This document shows positions 27,748 through 32,000 of a stretch of DNA of 32,000 bases, piece after piece (position 1 is the first letter of the stretch; every line of letters begins with the position of its first letter). The position numbers were made by a program, and so were the translations under genes. Source of the DNA: Cylindrospermopsis raciborskii Cr2010. GTDB taxonomy: Bacteria > Cyanobacteriota > Cyanobacteriia > Cyanobacteriales > Nostocaceae. The notes beneath the pieces are model-generated. The model saw only the letters and a list, made by a program, of their open reading frames with translations. It had not been told where the DNA came from and searched no databases. The stretch lies in NCBI RefSeq assembly GCF_003367075.2, contig NZ_CP065936.1:1260001-1292000 (forward strand), given 5' to 3'.

Positions 27748-28191
27748 TTAAGTTCGTACCGCTTCTGGCCAAAGTTCTCGCAAGCAAGGGGGTAGTATTC
27801 TTACCACATCTTCAATTTCCCCACGGGAGATCCTTTGGGCAATAATTTTAAAAACAGCACGCACCAAAACTTCTGGGTCAATGTCAGCATTAACATTGCG
27901 GAAATAGTCACGAATGTGCTGGAGAAAAGCATCCTTAGTTCTATCCTTGGGTAATTTTGCACCAGGTCGCCAATTTTCATAATAAAATCCACCTAAAAGA
28001 ATAGGTAATTGGGCCCCCAAATGAGCAGCTTCCTCCACTGTCAGGCGATCGCGCAGAGCATGTAAAGTAGCTCGTAAACCTTGAAAAACTTGGTGTTTAT
28101 TTTCCCAACCCAACTCTTTTGCTAAATCATTGATCCAAGGAATTGTTTTGTGTAAAGTTGCATCAAAGGTATCTAATCCAGTTATAGTCAT
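27748..28191 (-). CDS. DUF2267 domain protein
   Basis: TFDATLHKTIPWINDLAKELGW...AFQGLRATLHALRDRLTVEEAAHLGAQLPILLGGFYYENWRP (typical DUF2267 sequence). Confidence 0.85.
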   Translation of the reverse strand: MTITGLDTFDATLHKTIPWINDLAKELGWENKHQVFQGLRATLHALRDRLTVEEAAHLGAQLPILLGGFYYENWRPGAKLPKDRTKDAFLQHIRDYFRNVNADIDPEVLVRAVFKIIAQRISRGEIEDVVRILPPCLRELWPEAVRT

Positions 28192-28471
28192 GATAATTGC
28201 TCCGATTTAACTGATGTTTACCAACTCACTTAGGATTGCGAATCCATGACTTGATCAACTCTAGTCCATGAACTGAAATTTTAAAGGGATTGATATTTTT
28301 CAACTTCTAGCCAAAGTCGTATATTCTTGCTTCGTATAATTGTATGTAAGTAAAGTCTGATTAACTTTTTACCAGAAAATTAATAAATTGTAAATTTGTA
28401 CACTTTTTTCTCGTAAAATTCCATACTAATATCTGTTGTCTAAAGATTAAACCCAAAATTTATCAATAGTT

Positions 28472-29761
28472 ATGACTACACAATTTAACCGGAGAAAATT
28501 CCTCATCTATGGTTCTGCTGCTCTTGGTAGCTCCGTATTACTTAAAGCTTGTGCTAATAATACACAAACAACTACACCCGCTGATTCCTCCGCAGGTGGT
28601 AACACCATCAAGGTAGGGATTTTACACTCTTTAAGTGGTACAATGGCCATCAGTGAAAAAAGTGTGGTAGACGCAGAAAACCTAGCAATTAAGGAAATTA
28701 ACGCTCAGGGGGGAGTATTAGGTAAACAGATTGAAGCCATTACGGAAGATGGCGCTTCTAACTGGGATACTTTCAGAGAAAAAGCTACTAAACTAATTGA
28801 ACAAGATAAGGTAGCTGTAGTATTTGGTTGCTGGACCTCTGCTAGTCGTAAAAACGTCAAGCCAGTGTTTGAAGAAAAAGATCACATGCTGTGGTATCCT
28901 GTACAGTATGAGGGTCAGGAATGTTCTAAAAACATTTTTTATACCGGAGCAGCTCCCAATCAACAGATCGAACCTTCTGTGGACTGGTTGTTGAAAAACA
29001 AGGGTAAGGAATTCTTTCTAGTTGGCTCAGATTACGTTTTTCCCCGCACTGCTAACACAATAATTAAAGCTCAATTAGAAGCACTTGGTGGTAAAACAGT
29101 TGGTGAAGATTATTTACCCCTGGGTAATGTGGAAGTTACTCCTATCATTGCCAAAATTAAACAGGCCCTACCCAAAGGTGGAGTAATTTATAATACCTTA
29201 AACGGGGATAGTAATGTGGCATTTTTTAAACAATTAAAAGGTGCGGGTTTGACCCCAGAGAAGTATCCATCTATGTCCGTGAGTATTGCGGAAGAAGAGG
29301 TTAAGGCCATTGGAGTGGAATACTTAAAAGGACATTATGCAGCTTGGAATTACTTCCAAACTGTAGATACACCAGCCAACAAAAAGTTTGTAGAGGCTTT
29401 CAAGAAGGAATATGGTGCAGATAGGGTACTTAATGATCCTATGGAAGCTGCTTACATTGCCGTCTACCTTTGGAAACAGGCGGTAGAAAAAGCTGGAAGT
29501 ACGGATTTAGTCAAGGTGCGCCAAGCTGCTTATGGTCAAACCATAGATGCACCCGAAGGTAAAGTGACCATGAATGGTAACCATCATATATCCAAGATTG
29601 TGCGTATTGGTGAAGTTAGAGATGATGGCTTGTTTAATATTATTTATTCTACCCCTGCACCGGTAGAACCTATTCCCTGGAATCAATATGTGAAAGAGAC
29701 CAAGGGATTTGCTTGCGACTGGTCAGATCCTGCCAAAGGTGGCAAGTACAAACAAACCTAG
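28472..29761 (+). CDS. urtA: Urea ABC transporter substrate-binding protein
   Basis: Signal-like [22 protein letters not shown]; [43 protein letters not shown]; followed by urtB and urtC. Confidence 0.95.
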   Translation: MTTQFNRRKFLIYGSAALGSSVLLKACANNTQTTTPADSSAGGNTIKVGILHSLSGTMAISEKSVVDAENLAIKEINAQGGVLGKQIEAITEDGASNWDTFREKATKLIEQDKVAVVFGCWTSASRKNVKPVFEEKDHMLWYPVQYEGQECSKNIFYTGAAPNQQIEPSVDWLLKNKGKEFFLVGSDYVFPRTANTIIKAQLEALGGKTVGEDYLPLGNVEVTPIIAKIKQALPKGGVIYNTLNGDSNVAFFKQLKGAGLTPEKYPSMSVSIAEEEVKAIGVEYLKGHYAAWNYFQTVDTPANKKFVEAFKKEYGADRVLNDPMEAAYIAVYLWKQAVEKAGSTDLVKVRQAAYGQTIDAPEGKVTMNGNHHISKIVRIGEVRDDGLFNIIYSTPAPVEPIPWNQYVKETKGFACDWSDPAKGGKYKQT

Positions 29762-29859
29762 TCTGATTAAATTAAAGCTTGTGTAAGGGTTCGTGGTTAC
29801 AAGTGTGGGTTAAGCATTCCCCCTTAGACCTAATTAAGTTTTCATGGGTCATTTTAAAA

Positions 29860-31044
29860 ATGACTCATGAATTTTTTGAGGATAAATTGGTGTTAACAGG
29901 ATTTTTAGAAGCAATATTTAATGGAATTAGCATTGGGGCGGTACTATTAGTTGCAGCGCTAGGACTTTCCATTATTTTTGGACTGATGGGCGTGATTAAC
30001 ATGGCCCATGGAGAATTGATGATGCTGGGAGCTTATACTACTTTTGTAGTACAGCTTGGTTGTAAACAGTTAGGTGGTATTTGGTTTGATAGTTATATTT
30101 TCCTGGCTTTAATTATTGCCTTTTTAGTCACTGCTTTAGTAGGTTTAGTCTTGGAGCGGGGGGTGATATCCCATCTTTATGGTAGACCCTTAGAAACCCT
30201 TTTGGCTACTTGGGGAGTAAGTTTAATTTTTCAGCAGTTTGTCCGCAGTGTAAATTCAGTGCTAGTGATTGGTATCCTCTCATTTTGCGTACTATTCTTT
30301 GGGGGGGTAAGAATTTTAAATTCGCGTCAGCGGTTCCCCCAATTTGGTTACAGAGTGAAGGGAATGATCTTAGTTTTATCCTTGGGAATTGCCATGAGTT
30401 TGGGACAGTTATTTAGTCAACAGTCCTCCATGGTTCAACCTTGGTTTGGGGCTCAAAACGTTGATGTGACCGCCCCTAGTTGGTTACAATCCGGTGTATC
30501 TTTGGCCGGTGTGCAGTTACCCTTTGCTCGCTTGTTTATTATCTGTTTAACGGGAATTTGCGTAGCAGCAATTTATTTATTCTTACAGCGTTCCCCCTGG
30601 GGTTTAAGAATTAGAGCTGTGACTCAAAATCGTGCTATGAGTTCTTGTTTGGGTATACCTACGCAAAAAGTTGATGCTCTTACCTTTGCCCTGGGATCCG
30701 GATTAGCTGGTATAGCTGGTTGTGCTATTAGCTTACTGGGTTCCGTGGGTCCGAATACCGGACAGAATTATATTATAGATACCTTCATGGTAGTGGTTGT
30801 GGGGGGGGTTGGTAACTTAGTAGGTACGATTGTAGCTGCTTTGGCTATTGGTACTGCTAACTTTATTGTGGGATCGGGAACTCTAGCTTTTTTATCTTCT
30901 GGTGTTCAACCCTTGGTGGATTTTTTCAATTTTTTTGCCACTACTAGTATGGCAAAAGTGATGGTTTTTGCACTGATTATTGGTTTTTTGCAGTGGAAAC
31001 CAGCGGGAATTTTCCCCCAAAAAGGTCGGAATATTGATGTTTAA
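29860..31044 (+). CDS. urtB: Urea ABC transporter permease UrtB
   Basis: LEAIFNGISIGAVLLVAALGLSIIFGLMGVINMAHGELMMLGAYTTFV. ATG at 29860 is a better start than 29779. Confidence 0.94.
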   Translation: MTHEFFEDKLVLTGFLEAIFNGISIGAVLLVAALGLSIIFGLMGVINMAHGELMMLGAYTTFVVQLGCKQLGGIWFDSYIFLALIIAFLVTALVGLVLERGVISHLYGRPLETLLATWGVSLIFQQFVRSVNSVLVIGILSFCVLFFGGVRILNSRQRFPQFGYRVKGMILVLSLGIAMSLGQLFSQQSSMVQPWFGAQNVDVTAPSWLQSGVSLAGVQLPFARLFIICLTGICVAAIYLFLQRSPWGLRIRAVTQNRAMSSCLGIPTQKVDALTFALGSGLAGIAGCAISLLGSVGPNTGQNYIIDTFMVVVVGGVGNLVGTIVAALAIGTANFIVGSGTLAFLSSGVQPLVDFFNFFATTSMAKVMVFALIIGFLQWKPAGIFPQKGRNIDV

Positions 31045-31057
31045 CCAAGGTCAGAAG

Positions 31058-32000
31058 ATGATGAAAGATCAGGCTAAAAAGTCTATTTTGGTGGAAATTG
31101 CTGTAGTAATGGCGATCGCATTATTGCTACTTGTAATTATGCCACTTGTGTTGACAGAATTTCGCCTAAATTTACTAGGGCGATTTTTATCCCTAGCGAT
31201 TGTGGGTTTGGGGTTGGATTTGATTTGGGGTTACACAGGTTTACTCAGTTTAGGCCATGGCATTTTTTTTGGTTTAGGTGGTTATGCCATAGCCATGTAC
31301 TTAAAACTGCAAGTTCCCTCCGGTGAATTACCTGATTTTATGGGATTATATGGGGTAACAGAATTACCTTGGTTTTGGCATCCCTTTTACTCCTTCGGTT
31401 TTGCTGTAATTGCGGTTATTTTGATTCCAGGTTTATTAGCAGGAGTTTTGGGTTATTTAGTCTTTCGTAACCGCATTAAGGGTGTGTATTTTTCCATTCT
31501 TACACAAGCAGCGGTGATCATATTTTTTAACTTTTTCAACGGACAACAGAAGCTATTTAATGGTACTAATGGTTTAACGGCGTTTAAAACCCTGTTAGGT
31601 ATAAATTTGACTGATAGAGGAATGCAACTTGTTTTGTATAGCCTAACAATTATATTTTTAATATTTACCTATGGTCTATGTCGTTGGTTAACCACTGGTA
31701 GATTTGGAAGATTGTTAATGGCAATTCGAGATGATGAAACTCGCGTCAGATTTTGTGGATATGATCCTACAGAGTATAAAGTTTTGGTATTTGCAGTTTC
31801 CGGTGCGATCGCGGGGATAGCAGGAGCATTCTACGCCATTCAAAGTGGTTCTGTGTCACCGAGAGCAATGGATATTGGATTCTCTATTGAAATGGTAATT
31901 TGGGTAGCGGTGGGGGGAAGAGGAACCCTAACTGGTGCGATTTTAGGAACTTTACTAGTTAACTATGCACGAACCTTTTTAAGTGAACAATTTGCGGAAA
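31058..32000 (+). CDS. urtC: Urea ABC transporter permease UrtC (truncated by the window end)
   Basis: Translation MMKDQAKKSILVEIAVVMAIALLLLVIMPLVLTEFRLNLLGRFLSLAIVGLGLDLIWGYTGLLSLGHGIFFGLGGYAIAMYLKL; open to base 32000. Confidence 0.92.
   Translation, partial: MMKDQAKKSILVEIAVVMAIALLLLVIMPLVLTEFRLNLLGRFLSLAIVGLGLDLIWGYTGLLSLGHGIFFGLGGYAIAMYLKLQVPSGELPDFMGLYGVTELPWFWHPFYSFGFAVIAVILIPGLLAGVLGYLVFRNRIKGVYFSILTQAAVIIFFNFFNGQQKLFNGTNGLTAFKTLLGINLTDRGMQLVLYSLTIIFLIFTYGLCRWLTTGRFGRLLMAIRDDETRVRFCGYDPTEYKVLVFAVSGAIAGIAGAFYAIQSGSVSPRAMDIGFSIEMVIWVAVGGRGTLTGAILGTLLVNYARTFLSEQFAE

Noticed and set aside
28200-28471. NtcA binding site (GTA-N8-TAC) upstream of urtA
   Set aside because: Expected biologically, but I found no convincing perfect match. 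GTATAATTGTATGT is only a weak partial match.

Overview
Cyanobacterial (probably nostocalean) chromosomal window. It starts with a truncated ABC-2 permease, a MarR regulator and two MFS exporters. Next is a two-gene ATPase + PD-(D/E)XK-like nuclease cassette bounded by exact 35-bp direct repeats, the left copy being the 3' end of the second MFS gene. Crp/Fnr and Rrf2 regulators follow, then a 26-repeat CRISPR array (8120-10012) with no cas genes in the window. The array runs almost directly into an IS1-family element (10045-10795). Beyond it lie the remains of a defence-type operon: a Zn-ribbon adenine methylase lacking its N-terminus, a PLD/SNF2-like helicase lacking its C-terminal half, an IS630-family element, a DUF499/COG1483-like ATPase, and a small conserved-looking companion protein. 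The remainder is mostly ordinary: rhodanese, mutL, an exostosin-like protein, an SLH-domain porin, Rrf2 + cysK, a DnaJ-domain protein, a DUF2267 protein, and urtA/urtB/urtC (urtC runs off the end). The best candidates for follow-up are (1) the direct-repeat-bounded ATPase/nuclease cassette, (2) the methylase/helicase/ATPase defence operon being broken up by two IS elements plus a likely G-run frameshift, and (3) the CRISPR array with an apparently IS-truncated distal end and a second, repeat-less copy of its leader end about 700 bp upstream. All family assignments come from motif recognition in the translations. No database search was run.
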